This document shows positions 1-8,946 of a stretch of DNA of 55,412 nt, one piece after another. This DNA is from an uncultured Clostridia bacterium (lineage in GTDB: Bacteria; Bacillota; Clostridia; Christensenellales; UBA1242), in NCBI GenBank assembly GCA_947629505.1, contig CANRDW010000003.1, forward strand, positions 1-55,412, in the 5' to 3' direction. Numbering within the stretch: the stretch's first letter is position 1; each line of letters opens with the position of its first letter. The notes under the pieces were generated by a model, which did no database searches, was not told the origin of the DNA, and saw only the letters and a list, made by a program, of their open reading frames with translations. A program made the translations under genes and the position numbers.

Positions 1-684
1 CACTTTAACATGAATCTCAGCAGGCACTTTTTTATAACCCTTGCCGCCACATTCTTCGCATTTTTCTTTGATTTTCTTTCCACTTCCGCCGCAGGTTGGA
101 CAAACCCCCTCGCGAATGGTTGTGCCAAACATGGTGTTTTGTTGAACTCTCACTCTGCCCGCGCCATGACAGTCTGGACAGGTTGTAAATTCTTTGCCGT
201 TTTTAGCGCCCGTGCCACCGCACTTTGCACAACTTTCAATTCGTGAAAGTGAGATGATTTTTTCAACGCCAAAAACTGCCTCTTCAAATGAAAGACGCAT
301 GGACACATTGATGTCCTCACCACGTTGATTGACGCGTGAACGCCCACCGTCACCGCCAAAAGCAGAGAAAATATCGCTGAAAATGTCACTAAATCCGCCA
401 AAGCCACCTGCTCCGCCGCCAAAGAAATCTCCAAAACCGCCTGCTCCGCCGCCCGTAAATTGTGGGCCGTCAGCACTGCCATATTGGTCGTAATTGGCGC
501 GTTTTTTCTCGTCACCCAAAACCTCATATGCTTCGTTGATTTCCTTAAATTTTTCTGCAGCCTCAGGGGCTTTGTTAAGGTCGGGGTGATATTTTTTTGC
601 CAAACGGCGATAAGCCGACTTAATTTCGTCAGCGTCAGCGCCCTTTTGCACCCCCAAAATTTCGTAATAATCTTTATTTGGCAT
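1..684 (-). CDS. dnaJ: Molecular chaperone DnaJ, N-terminal ~228 aa; the 3' end lies beyond the left edge
   Basis: Absent from the ORF track because it has no stop in the window. My translation from the ATG at 682..684 (minus) gives [38 protein letters not shown] (J domain with HPD). A G/F-rich linker follows, then four CxxCxGxG zinc-finger repeats ([32 protein letters not shown]). Confidence 0.95.
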   Translation of the reverse strand, partial: MPNKDYYEILGVQKGADADEIKSAYRRLAKKYHPDLNKAPEAAEKFKEINEAYEVLGDEKKRANYDQYGSADGPQFTGGGAGGFGDFFGGGAGGFGGFSDIFSDIFSAFGGDGGRSRVNQRGEDINVSMRLSFEEAVFGVEKIISLSRIESCAKCGGTGAKNGKEFTTCPDCHGAGRVRVQQNTMFGTTIREGVCPTCGGSGKKIKEKCEECGGKGYKKVPAEIHVKV

Positions 685-701
685 TTTTTGCCCCTTTTAA
701 A

Positions 702-1173
702 TTAGAAATTTTCAATTATTGAATCTTTCCCAAAATTTTTAATACAAATCTTCTTAAAATCTTCCAATGGAATAGGATTTTTTGAATGAGAGCCAACACA
801 ATCTAATATGATTTTTGGCTGAATCCCATGGTCAAAAAGTTGGAAAGCAATCGCCAGCACGCAGCTGTCATAGTCTGTTCCGCAGAGATAGAACTCCCCC
901 CCCCCGCAAAATCTTTGGAAGTGTGTAAGATGTCTTTTTGATTTCCACAGTTTTGCTTGGCAAATCAAGCGCAAAATCCGTGCCATCTCCATCAAAAAAT
1001 TTGGTGTAATCAAGATATTTCACAAAAGGGCTTTTTTCGTTATTTATGAATTTTGTAGCAAAAATCCTATCAAAATCATGTTTTTTTAGCAAATTTTCAA
1101 TGTTTTTCACCAAAAATTTGTTGTTTTCTGTGATAAAGCCCTTTTGCATATCAACAATTAAAAGTGTTTTCAT
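702..1173 (-). pseudogene. Isochorismatase / cysteine-hydrolase family gene split by a frameshift in a homopolymer tract
   Basis: ORF 868..1173 starts MKTLLIVDMQKGFI, a typical isochorismatase N-terminus. ORF 702..1013 contains EFYLCGTDYDSCVLAIAFQLFDHG, a typical catalytic-Cys region. The two overlap in different frames and meet at the C10 run 896..905. A 9-nt run would give one ORF of about 156 aa. Confidence 0.75.
896..905. repeat. Homopolymer C10 (G10 on the coding strand) at the frameshift point
   Basis: Read directly: gaactCCCCCCCCCCgcaaaatc. Confidence 0.95.
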
Positions 1174-1188
1174 ACTTTTCCTTATTTT

Positions 1189-3015
1189 TTATTCAACAGT
1201 CACTTCTGGATCGCCGTCTTGGTTTGTAGAATTCGAGCCGTTGCCATTGGCATCACCATTTGCGCCGTTTGGATTTGCGTTTTGATACATCTTTGTAAAC
1301 ACATCGTTTGAAACTTTTGTAAGTTCGTCAAGTTCTTTCTTAATCACTTCAATATCTGTGCTTTCAAATTCTTTTTTGGCCTTTTCGATTTCGTCTTCAA
1401 GTTTTTTCTTATCTTCGGCAGAAATCTTGTCGCCGTTTTCTTTCAACATCTTTTCCAAAGTGTAAACCATGTTGTCAGCTTGGTTTTTAGTTTCAACAAA
1501 TTCCTTTCTCTTCTTGTCCTCTTCGGCATGAGCCTCAGCTTCTTTGATTGCCTTTTCGATATCTTCTTCTTTAAGGTTTGAAGAAGCAGTGATTGTGATG
1601 TTTTGTTCCTTGTTTGTGCCTAAATCCTTTGCTGAAACTTTGACAATGCCGTTTGCATCGATATCAAAAGTAACTTCAATTTGTGGCACTCCGCGTGGAG
1701 CTGGTGGGATGTCAGTAAGTTGGAATCTTCCAAGAGATTTGTTTTGTGCAGCAAACTCTCTTTCACCTTGAAGAACATGAATGTCAACGCCCGGTTGATT
1801 GTCCGCAGCAGTTGAGAACACCTGAGATTTGCGTGTTGGAATTGTTGTGTTTCTTTCGATAAGTTTTGTGAACACGCCGCCCAAAGTTTCAATTCCAAGT
1901 GAAAGTGGAGTTACGTCCAAAAGAAGCACATCTTTCACTTCGCCTGCAAGCACGCCCGCTTGAATAGCGGCTCCCACTGCAACGCATTCGTCTGGGTTGA
2001 TGCCCTTGAATGGCTCTTTGCCTGTGAAAGTTTTAACCGCTTCCACAACAGCAGGAATTCTTGTAGAGCCACCAACAAGGATAACTTTGTCGATGTCTGC
2101 CTTTGTAAGTTTAGCGTCTTTCAAAGCCTTTTCGCAGCAAGTGATGGTCTCTTTAACCAAATCTTCTGTGAGTGCGTCAAATTTCGCTCTTGTAAGTTCG
2201 CATTCAAGGTGTTTTGGACCGTTTGCATCGGCTGTGATGAATGGAATGCTAACTTGTTCTACAACCTTTGTAGAAAGGTCAATTTTTGTCTTTTCAGCCT
2301 CGTCTTTAAGTCTTTGCATAGCAAGTTTGTCGCCCGACAAATCCATGCCTGCATTTTTGCTCTTAAATTCTTCAACCAAAAAGTCGATGATGCGGTTGTC
2401 GAAGTCGTCCCCGCCAAGACGAGTGTTTCCGTTTGTTGACAAAACTTCAAAAACGTTGTCGCCTATTTCAAGAATGGAAACATCGAATGTTCCGCCGCCA
2501 AGGTCATACACCAAAATCTTTTGATTTTTGTTTTCGCCCTTGTCTAAGCCATATGCAAGTGCGGCTGCAGTTGGCTCGTTGATGATTCTCAAAACATCAA
2601 GCCCTGCAATTTTGCCGGCATCCTTTGTTGCCTGACGCTGACTGTCATTGAAATATGCTGGCACAGTGATGACAGCCTGTGTGACAGGGCCACCAAGATA
2701 AGCCTCTGCGTCTGATTTAAGTTTAGCCAAAATCATGGAAGAAATCTCTTGTGGAGTGTATTCCTTTCCGTTGAGTTTTGCTTTGTAGTTTGTGCCCATT
2801 TCTCTTTTGATTGAAAGCACTGTGTTTTCGTGGTTGATGACCGCTTGACGCTTTGCAACTTTTCCGACAAGTCTTTCTCCGTCTTTGGTGTAAGCCACAA
2901 CAGAAGGGGTTGTTCTATCTCCTTCTGCGTTTGCAATGACAGTTGGCTTTCCGCCTTCCATAACTGCCACGCATGAATTTGTTGTTCCTAAGTCAATTCC
3001 TATAATTTTACTCAT
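1189..3015 (-). CDS. dnaK: Molecular chaperone DnaK (Hsp70), 608 aa
   Basis: [22 protein letters not shown]..., [10 protein letters not shown], full Hsp70 length, and operon context with grpE and hrcA. Confidence 0.98.
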   Translation of the reverse strand: MSKIIGIDLGTTNSCVAVMEGGKPTVIANAEGDRTTPSVVAYTKDGERLVGKVAKRQAVINHENTVLSIKREMGTNYKAKLNGKEYTPQEISSMILAKLKSDAEAYLGGPVTQAVITVPAYFNDSQRQATKDAGKIAGLDVLRIINEPTAAALAYGLDKGENKNQKILVYDLGGGTFDVSILEIGDNVFEVLSTNGNTRLGGDDFDNRIIDFLVEEFKSKNAGMDLSGDKLAMQRLKDEAEKTKIDLSTKVVEQVSIPFITADANGPKHLECELTRAKFDALTEDLVKETITCCEKALKDAKLTKADIDKVILVGGSTRIPAVVEAVKTFTGKEPFKGINPDECVAVGAAIQAGVLAGEVKDVLLLDVTPLSLGIETLGGVFTKLIERNTTIPTRKSQVFSTAADNQPGVDIHVLQGEREFAAQNKSLGRFQLTDIPPAPRGVPQIEVTFDIDANGIVKVSAKDLGTNKEQNITITASSNLKEEDIEKAIKEAEAHAEEDKKRKEFVETKNQADNMVYTLEKMLKENGDKISAEDKKKLEDEIEKAKKEFESTDIEVIKKELDELTKVSNDVFTKMYQNANPNGANGDANGNGSNSTNQDGDPEVTVE

Positions 3016-3033
3016 TTTTTTAATCTCCTTTTA

Positions 3034-3612
3034 TTATGATTTTTTATTGACAATGACTTTTGCATATCTAATAACTTTTCCGTTTAACATCCAGCCGGAC
3101 TGATATTCTTCCAAAATTGTGTCGTCCTCTTCATTTGGATTGTTTAAAAGTGCGATAACATTGTGAAGATTTGGGTCAAATTTTGCTCCAACACTTTCAA
3201 TCTTCTCGCAATGAAGATTTTTAAGCGCCTCCAAAATTTTGTCCTCAATCATGTTTATGCCCGCCAAAATGCTCTCATCAGTGATGCCTTTCTTCGCCTC
3301 TTTGAAAGTGTCCAAACTTGGCAAAAACACTTCAATCACACTCTTAACTCCTTCTTGCCGTTCACGGTCAAGTTGTTCAGCAACACGCTTTCGATAGTTT
3401 TCAAAATCCGCTTGAAGCCTTTGCGCAACTGCCAAATATTCCGCCGCTAAATCGCTTTTCTTGTCATGACAGTGACATTCGTGGTCTTCGTGACAGTGGC
3501 AATCATCCCCGCATTCACAGTTTTCACCACATTCGCACTTGTCATCACACACATCTTCAAGTTCTACATTTTCAACTTCTTCTAAATTTTCATGTTTTTT
3601 CTTCTTTGTCAT
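3034..3612 (-). CDS. grpE: Nucleotide exchange factor GrpE with an N-terminal Cys/His-rich insertion
   Basis: Conserved GrpE core (AEYLAVAQRLQADFENYRKR ... LEEYQSGWMLNGKVIRYAKVIV). I prefer the ATG at 3610..3612 (MTKKKK) because GGAG lies 8 nt upstream. The ATG at 3618 and the ORF-track start at 3642 are alternatives. Confidence 0.9.
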   Translation of the reverse strand: MTKKKKHENLEEVENVELEDVCDDKCECGENCECGDDCHCHEDHECHCHDKKSDLAAEYLAVAQRLQADFENYRKRVAEQLDRERQEGVKSVIEVFLPSLDTFKEAKKGITDESILAGINMIEDKILEALKNLHCEKIESVGAKFDPNLHNVIALLNNPNEEDDTILEEYQSGWMLNGKVIRYAKVIVNKKS

Positions 3613-4603
3613 ACTCATCTCTCCCCTTATTAAGTTCGTCAATCACCACTTTAAGCGCCGATGCAATGCCCATATAGTCCATTCTCTGCGGCCCAAACAC
3701 GCCGATTGAAGCAAGTTTGTTTCCGCCCACCATGATTGGTGCTTTCACAACAGTAGGTTTGTTTTCACTCTCGTCCGGGATCAGCGCCGAAATGTTGTTT
3801 TCGTTGTCATTCAACACTTCAATCAATTCATCCTCATTGCTGAGTGTGTTTAAAACCTTTGTTGCATCTTTGGAATTTTCCTCCACAATCTCTGCCATGC
3901 CTTCCGCCTGAACATTCAAAAGTTTTTGATTATTCAGTTTCGAAAGCCCCAAAATTATGCTGTCAACAACCGTTTGAAAGGCCTCAATCTCACCGCTCAT
4001 GCCCTTTTTCAACTCTTTGATGTTTTCCATCATAAAGCCAAGCGTTTCACCTTTGAAATATTTGGTCAGATAATTTGAAGCGTCAAGGCAGTTTTGTTCG
4101 GTGGCTTTGATGTCCATTGTGTTGTTGAGATAGCCATAATTTGTGCCGATAAGCACCATGCATTTTTCGCCCAAAAGTGGAACAATTTTAAACTCTTGCA
4201 AAATCAAGTTTTCAACGCCGTTCATCAAAACAACAGTTGGATGTTTTGTCGCTTTGCTGATGATTTTTGCAATCCCCGACACAATTTCGTCCAAACTTTG
4301 CGTTCTGTTTTCAATAAGCTGTCTGACTTCTTCAAGTTCACCCTTTGACGCCTTTATGTTTTTCAACAAATTTTCTACATAAAATCTGTAGCCCTGCGCC
4401 GTTGGCACTCTTCCACCCGAAGTGTGAAGTTGCTTCAAAAAGCCCATCGCCTCCAAAGCGTTCAGTTCTGCGCGAAGTGTTGCGGTTGAGCACTCCAAAA
4501 GCGTTCTGTCTTTCACAGAGCCGCTTGTGATTGGTGCGGAGTCTTTTATAAACTCTTCAACAGCAATGTTTAAAATCTTGATTTTTCTTTCTGAAAGTTC
4601 CAT
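3590..4603 (-). CDS. hrcA: Heat-inducible transcription repressor HrcA, 337 aa
   Basis: First gene of the grpE-dnaK operon. Length and N-terminal winged-helix region (MELSERKIKILNIAVEEFIKDSAPITSGSV) are typical. A CIRCE operator lies directly upstream. The stop codon is TGA. Confidence 0.9.
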   Translation of the reverse strand: MELSERKIKILNIAVEEFIKDSAPITSGSVKDRTLLECSTATLRAELNALEAMGFLKQLHTSGGRVPTAQGYRFYVENLLKNIKASKGELEEVRQLIENRTQSLDEIVSGIAKIISKATKHPTVVLMNGVENLILQEFKIVPLLGEKCMVLIGTNYGYLNNTMDIKATEQNCLDASNYLTKYFKGETLGFMMENIKELKKGMSGEIEAFQTVVDSIILGLSKLNNQKLLNVQAEGMAEIVEENSKDATKVLNTLSNEDELIEVLNDNENNISALIPDESENKPTVVKAPIMVGGNKLASIGVFGPQRMDYMGIASALKVVIDELNKGRDEYDKEEKT

Positions 4604-4628
4604 AAAATAAAACCTTAATTTTTATTTT

Positions 4629-4657
4629 GCTAGCACTCTCGACTTTTAAGTGCTAGC
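4629..4657 (-). promoter_or_regulatory. CIRCE operator (HrcA binding site)
   Basis: GCTAGCACTCtcgacttttAAGTGCTAGC matches the consensus TTAGCACTC-N9-GAGTGCTAA. It is a 9-bp perfect inverted repeat lying between the promoter and hrcA. Confidence 0.9.
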
Positions 4658-4660
4658 ACT

Positions 4661-4689
4661 ATTATATGCACAAAAAAAGTAAATGTCAA
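4661..4689 (-). promoter_or_regulatory. Sigma-A type promoter of the hrcA operon
   Basis: The minus strand reads TTGACA-17 nt-TATAAT, consensus in both hexamers, immediately upstream of CIRCE. Confidence 0.8.
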
Positions 4690-4783
4690 ACATTTTTGCC
4701 AAAATTTTTAAAAATTTTTTTGATTTCGCAAAAACATGAAAAGAATTGACTTATCAATCTATTCAAAATTTAAAGGAAAAGTC

Positions 4784-4812
4784 TTGCAAAAGCACAAAAA
4801 ATGTGATAAAAT
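4784..4812 (+). promoter_or_regulatory. Promoter of the RNase P RNA gene
   Basis: TTGCAA-17 nt-TAAAAT with an extended -10 TG (tGtGaTAAAAT). It ends about 8 nt before the predicted 5' end of rnpB. Confidence 0.6.
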
Positions 4813-4820
4813 GATGATAT

Positions 4821-5166
4821 CAGTTGGCCAGATGGTCGCTGTAAGGCTGTTATGGCTTTAGAGAGGAAAGTCCGAGCATCTAAAGAACAGAGTGCAAGTT
4901 AACGGCTTGTGGAGGCAACTTCAAGGAAAGTGCAACAGAAATAGACTGCCCCGCCCCGTGCGGAGCGATGATGGAAAGGTGGAGTAAGAGCCCACCGAGC
5001 GATTGGCAACAACCGCTGCAATGTAAACCCCACTCGATGCAAGGTTAAGTTTGGACAAATGTGCGTTCTTTCACGTCCAACAAAAACACCGCTTGAACTT
5101 GCTGGCGACAGCAAGTCTGGATAGATGACCATCCAAAACAGAACTCGGCTTATAGACCAACTGTAA
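4821..5166 (+). ncRNA. rnpB: RNase P RNA (ribozyme), bacterial type B-like
   Basis: Conserved GAGGAAAGTCCG, AACAGAAA, GTAAACCCCAC and ACAGAACTCGGCTTATAG blocks. P1 pairing is cagttgg (4821..4827) with ccaactg (5157..5163). P2 pairing is gatggtc with gaccatc. The ends are approximate, within a few nt. Confidence 0.9.
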
Positions 5167-5173
5167 ACAAAAT

Positions 5174-5203
5174 AAAAAGGCAGCAAATTTGCTGTCTTTT
5201 TTT
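5174..5203. terminator. Bidirectional intrinsic terminator between rnpB and the downstream convergent gene
   Basis: aaaaaGGCAGCAAAtTTGCTGTCttttttt: a hairpin flanked by an A-run and a T-run. Confidence 0.6.
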
Positions 5204-6569
5204 AAACGTTGAAAATTTGTTTAACTTTTCCGTGATTGTCCACGCTGAAACCCTGCATAACCCCATCTTGCGAAACTTTGATTGCAACGCCATATTTTGC
5301 CATGGTTGTGGTTGCTGCAAGACGGCCACCGCCAGAACTTCCCGCTTCTATTTTGATGATTGCCCCCACAGCGATGATTGTGCCGTCATAATCGACAATA
5401 GTTGCGCCATCCACAGAGGACATTTCTTCAATCATCTTTCTGTCAAGTTCAAAAAGTTTCTTTCCGTTGACAAGTTTTCTTATTGCCATTGTTTTGGTGT
5501 ATTGATTTTTGTCCAAAAATTCTTCATAACTCATGGAAAACTTTTCAATGATTTTTGTTGCATTTCCAATGTTATACAATTTTTCCGCTTCTTCAAGTTC
5601 AAGTTGTTTTTTCATGTTGAAATGCTCTTCAGAGATTATATCCGCCGCATCAATATGTGTAAGTGCCTCCAAAGTTTTGTCTTTGTTGATGTAAGCAATG
5701 CACGCTCCACGATATGAGAAAGAGCAGTCCAGCGCTGTGTTGTAAATTGCACGTCTTATGGTTTTTGCTGTGTAAGAAACGTTGTTTTGAAGCAAGCGTA
5801 TGATTTCTTCATGAGAATAAACGCCCCAATTTCCACTGCGCTTTGCAAAGACAAGTTGACGCGCGAAGAAAACAAGCACATCCCCTTTTGTTGTCAGCAC
5901 AATCCCAATTCGCTTGTCATTGCAAGCGGCGGCAACCTTTTCAAACATGTTTGGAGCGATTGTTTGCACGGAAGCCATGCGTTTGAGATTGACGTAGCCC
6001 ATAAGTTTGCCGGATTTATCAAATTCAAAGAAAGAATTTTGTCCATCTGTGAAAAGGGCGAAAAAGTCGCTGTTTATGACATCGTTGTAAGACACATTGT
6101 TTTCCGAAACAGCGGAAAGATTGACAAGAATGCCAAGTTTAACCGGCGAGCCTTCATATGTCCTTGCCGCCCAAGTTTCAAGTCCATGAATGATGCCAAG
6201 GATTGTCTGCAAGCCCGTTTGTGTGACTGTCAAACTTTCGATAAGTGCCTTTTCAAGAGCCATATTTTGCAAATTTTCAAGATACATATGGTCTTCAATA
6301 TTCATGGAATAAATTTCGTTGATTTCATTGATGATAGAGCGAATTAAGGTCAATTCAAAGGATTTAAAAGGCTGTCCGCGTTTGACAACCAGACGATAAT
6401 CTTCCGTTTTTGACGGCTTCAAAAGAACAGTGTTGCCTTTTCCAAGCGCCACTTCCAAATCACGCGAAGTTGATTCCGTTTCGCCAACAAGATGAGAGCC
6501 CGTAAAAAGAGGAATGATAAGTTTTCCAACAATGTCATAAAATTCCAATTTTTCCATGCGATCACCCAC
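5202..6569 (-). CDS. Hypothetical protein with a divergent DAC (DisA_N, diadenylate cyclase)-like C-terminal domain
   Basis: The C-terminus reads YRGACIAYINKD ... VDGATIVDYDGTIIAVGAIIKIEAGSSGGGRLAATTTMAKYGVAIKVSQDG. This resembles the DAC motifs GALIV ... DGA ... GTRHRAA ... VSE..G, but RHR is replaced by GRL. The N-terminal ~270 aa is unrecognised. Confidence 0.45.
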   Translation of the reverse strand: MGDRMEKLEFYDIVGKLIIPLFTGSHLVGETESTSRDLEVALGKGNTVLLKPSKTEDYRLVVKRGQPFKSFELTLIRSIINEINEIYSMNIEDHMYLENLQNMALEKALIESLTVTQTGLQTILGIIHGLETWAARTYEGSPVKLGILVNLSAVSENNVSYNDVINSDFFALFTDGQNSFFEFDKSGKLMGYVNLKRMASVQTIAPNMFEKVAAACNDKRIGIVLTTKGDVLVFFARQLVFAKRSGNWGVYSHEEIIRLLQNNVSYTAKTIRRAIYNTALDCSFSYRGACIAYINKDKTLEALTHIDAADIISEEHFNMKKQLELEEAEKLYNIGNATKIIEKFSMSYEEFLDKNQYTKTMAIRKLVNGKKLFELDRKMIEEMSSVDGATIVDYDGTIIAVGAIIKIEAGSSGGGRLAATTTMAKYGVAIKVSQDGVMQGFSVDNHGKVKQIFNV

Positions 6570-6654
6570 AATTTAAACAAAGAAACCTTGTTAATTTAAT
6601 AATAAAAAAAGCAAAAAAATCTGTCAAGCAAATTGAATAATTTTTTTAAAAAAA

Positions 6655-7362
6655 TTAAATTTTTTCTTTTGTCGGTGTTTTTTCAAGTTCATTTTGAATA
6701 ATTCCAAGCGCTTTGTTTTCAATTCTTGAGATGTAACTGCGTGAAATTCCCAAAATATCTGCAACCTCATTTTGCGTTAAAGCGCGCTTTGTGTCTATGC
6801 CATATCTAAGTTTCACCACAACCTGTTCTCGCTTTGATAATTTTTGCGAGATGATGATTTTGATGCGCTGCATAAGCATATTGTTTTCAACTTGCTCAAA
6901 AATTTCTTCATCATCTGAGGCAAGCATGTCAATCAGTTCCAAATCCTTGTCATCATCCCCACCCGTGGCAAGAGCATTGATGGAAACGACATTCTTGTGC
7001 TTTCTGTTGGAACGAATAAGCATCAAAATTTCGTTGTTGATGCATCTTGCGGCATAGGTGGAAAGTTGCACCTTTTTTGAATAATCAAAAGTGTCCACCG
7101 CCTTTATAAGCCCAATTGTGCCGACAGACAAAAGGTCATCTGCCTCCAAAGAATTGGTGTATTTTTTGACAATGTGTGCCACAAGCCTCAAATTGTGGCT
7201 TATAAGTTTTTCCCTTGCCGCAGCATCGCCGTTTTTCATTTTTTCAAACAATTCTCTTTCTTCTTTTGCACTAAGCGGCTTTGGAAAACCCTGCGCCGTG
7301 TTGACAAAATTGGAAAACATACAGATGCGACTGAAAAAATAAGCAAAACTTTCAAAAATCAT
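6655..7362 (-). CDS. sigK: Sporulation sigma factor, pro-sigma-K type; contiguous, with no intervening element
   Basis: FPKPLSAKEE, LISHNLRLVAHIVKKY, TYAARCINNEILM and GISRSYISRIENKAL closely match the SigK signature. A hydrophobic pro-sequence MIFESFAYFFSRICMF precedes it. I prefer the ATG at 7360..7362 (AGGAG upstream) over the TTG at 7401. Confidence 0.75.
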   Translation of the reverse strand: MIFESFAYFFSRICMFSNFVNTAQGFPKPLSAKEERELFEKMKNGDAAAREKLISHNLRLVAHIVKKYTNSLEADDLLSVGTIGLIKAVDTFDYSKKVQLSTYAARCINNEILMLIRSNRKHKNVVSINALATGGDDDKDLELIDMLASDDEEIFEQVENNMLMQRIKIIISQKLSKREQVVVKLRYGIDTKRALTQNEVADILGISRSYISRIENKALGIIQNELEKTPTKEKI

Positions 7363-7379
7363 AAAAACTCCTACAAAAA

Positions 7380-7409
7380 TACATATGTAGAAATTTGTCA
7401 AATTTTGAC
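7380..7409 (-). promoter_or_regulatory. Possible sigma-E type promoter upstream of sigK
   Basis: The minus strand reads GTCAAAAT-14 nt-CATATGTA, which resembles the mother-cell sigma-E pattern (TCATATT-14-CATACA). This is a by-eye match only. Confidence 0.25.
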
Positions 7410-7481
7410 TTTTTTTATAAAAATTATGTTGACATTTTGCTCCAACTATGATTAAATATAAAGCACAACAAAGGAGAATTT

Positions 7482-7979
7482 ATGGTTATAAAAAAGATAA
7501 GAGGGTCAGATTATTTTCACAACAGACTCAGAGATTACACTTTCCCGACAACAGATGTCTATTTGGAATTGATTAAGGTAATCGAAGAACACCTCAAAAA
7601 CACAAAAGCAGAAATAGTCATCAAAAACAAGGGTGGAATTTACATGACAGTGAAAACTCCATGCATCACTGACAAGAAAAAAAGAAAACTTGTTTCAGAT
7701 GAAATAAAATCATTTTTGATGTATGAAAAGAAACACAATGAAAATCTTGGCGAACAAATATTACTCACAAATTTTATTAAAACCTTTTCAAAGGCAATGG
7801 AGGACAAAAAACAAATCAAACAAAATGAAGTGTTGACCTGCACCAATAAGTTTGATTTGAGCGAAGAAAAATACATTCATGAATATGCCGCAAAAATTGG
7901 CAAACCTGTGAAACTCCATGAAAGCAAACTTGCAATTTTGTTTGAAAAAGACAAGATGCCAAAGATAAAAGAAAAATAA
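7482..7979 (+). CDS. Hypothetical lysine-rich protein, 165 aa
   Basis: Strong SD (AAAGGAGA) 5 nt before the ATG, and a terminator directly downstream. No motif recognised. Confidence 0.55.
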   Translation: MVIKKIRGSDYFHNRLRDYTFPTTDVYLELIKVIEEHLKNTKAEIVIKNKGGIYMTVKTPCITDKKKRKLVSDEIKSFLMYEKKHNENLGEQILLTNFIKTFSKAMEDKKQIKQNEVLTCTNKFDLSEEKYIHEYAAKIGKPVKLHESKLAILFEKDKMPKIKEK

Positions 7980-7980
7980 A

Positions 7981-8006
7981 GATGCTAAATGTTTAGCATC
8001 TTTTTT
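7981..8006. terminator. Intrinsic terminator (usable in both directions)
   Basis: GATGCTAAAtgTTTAGCATC followed by tttttt, with an A-run upstream. Confidence 0.7.
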
Positions 8007-8048
8007 ATACTATATATTGTGTATTATGCAATGCATACTACACCAAAT

Positions 8049-8945
8049 TTAGAAAAGCCCGTCAACAAATTCCTTTGAATCAAACTTGTCTAAATCGTCA
8101 ATTGTTTCGCCTGTGCCAACAAACACAACCGGCAAAGAATATTCTTTTTCAATCGCAACAACAACCCCGCCTTTTGCAGTTCCGTCAAGTTTGGTGAGGA
8201 TTATGCCGTCAATTTTTGCATACTCCGCAAAGGCATTGATCTGCACAAGAGCGTTCTGCCCTGTGGTGGCATCAAGCACAATAAAGTTGTATTGATGTGC
8301 GTCTGGATATTCGCGACCAATTATCTTTTCAATCTTTTGAAGTTCTGCCATAAGGTTGGTTTTGGTGTGAAGTCGCCCCGCAGTGTCCACAAGCAAAACA
8401 TCCGTGTTGTTTGCCTTTGCACTTGCAATTCCGTCAAACACAACAGCCGCCGCATCAGCCCCCTCTGCTTGTTTGATGATTCTTGTTTTTGTGTGCTCTG
8501 CCCACTGTGATAGTTGTGCAGACGCCGCCGCACGAAAGGTGTCACCCGCAACAAGTGTGACAGATTTTTTTTGTTGTTTGAAATAGTTTGCAAGTTTTCC
8601 AATTGTGGTTGTTTTGCCCACTCCGTTCACGCCAATGATTGTGATAATTGCAGGATATTCAATTTCAATCTTTGGCGCATCTTCAAAAAGATTTGAAAGG
8701 ATTTCTTTCAGCACCCCTTTCACATCCTCTGCCTTTCTAATTTTTCTTTTGTGGCACTCATCTCTAAGTTCTTCCACAATTTCAAGTGAAGTTTTCACCC
8801 CTATGTCGCAGGAAATCAAAATATCCGTCAAATCGTCAAAAAGTTCATCATCCACTTCGCCGTGGCTTAAAATTGCATCAATCTTTCTGCTAAAAGCGTC
8901 CTTCGTCTTTTTCAGCGCGTTGCCAATCTTTTTAAAAAGCCCCAT
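8049..8945 (-). CDS. ftsY: Signal recognition particle receptor FtsY
   Basis: GVNGVGKTTTIGKLA, DTAGRL and TKLDGTAKGG. I prefer the start at MGLFKKIG (ATG 8943..8945), with AGGAGG inside the smc 3' end. Confidence 0.93.
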   Translation of the reverse strand: MGLFKKIGNALKKTKDAFSRKIDAILSHGEVDDELFDDLTDILISCDIGVKTSLEIVEELRDECHKRKIRKAEDVKGVLKEILSNLFEDAPKIEIEYPAIITIIGVNGVGKTTTIGKLANYFKQQKKSVTLVAGDTFRAAASAQLSQWAEHTKTRIIKQAEGADAAAVVFDGIASAKANNTDVLLVDTAGRLHTKTNLMAELQKIEKIIGREYPDAHQYNFIVLDATTGQNALVQINAFAEYAKIDGIILTKLDGTAKGGVVVAIEKEYSLPVVFVGTGETIDDLDKFDSKEFVDGLF

Positions 8946-8946
8946 T

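Noticed and set aside
1544-2936. Several ORFs of 60-175 aa antisense to, or out of frame within, dnaK (for example 1997..2524 plus, 1960..2439 plus). Similar ORFs occur inside smc, plsX, ackA, parC/parE and the giant gene.
   Set aside because: They lie entirely inside strongly supported conserved genes. They have low-complexity or Ser/Leu/Phe-rich translations typical of antisense frames, and no SD or promoter context.
4899-5186. 95-aa minus-strand ORF.
   Set aside because: It lies wholly within the RNase P RNA gene. The region is explained by conserved rnpB sequence and pairing.
6655-7401. Possibility of a skin-like intervening element or split sigK, as in B. subtilis and C. difficile.
   Set aside because: The sigK ORF is contiguous from the pro-sequence to region 4.2, and no recombinase is nearby.
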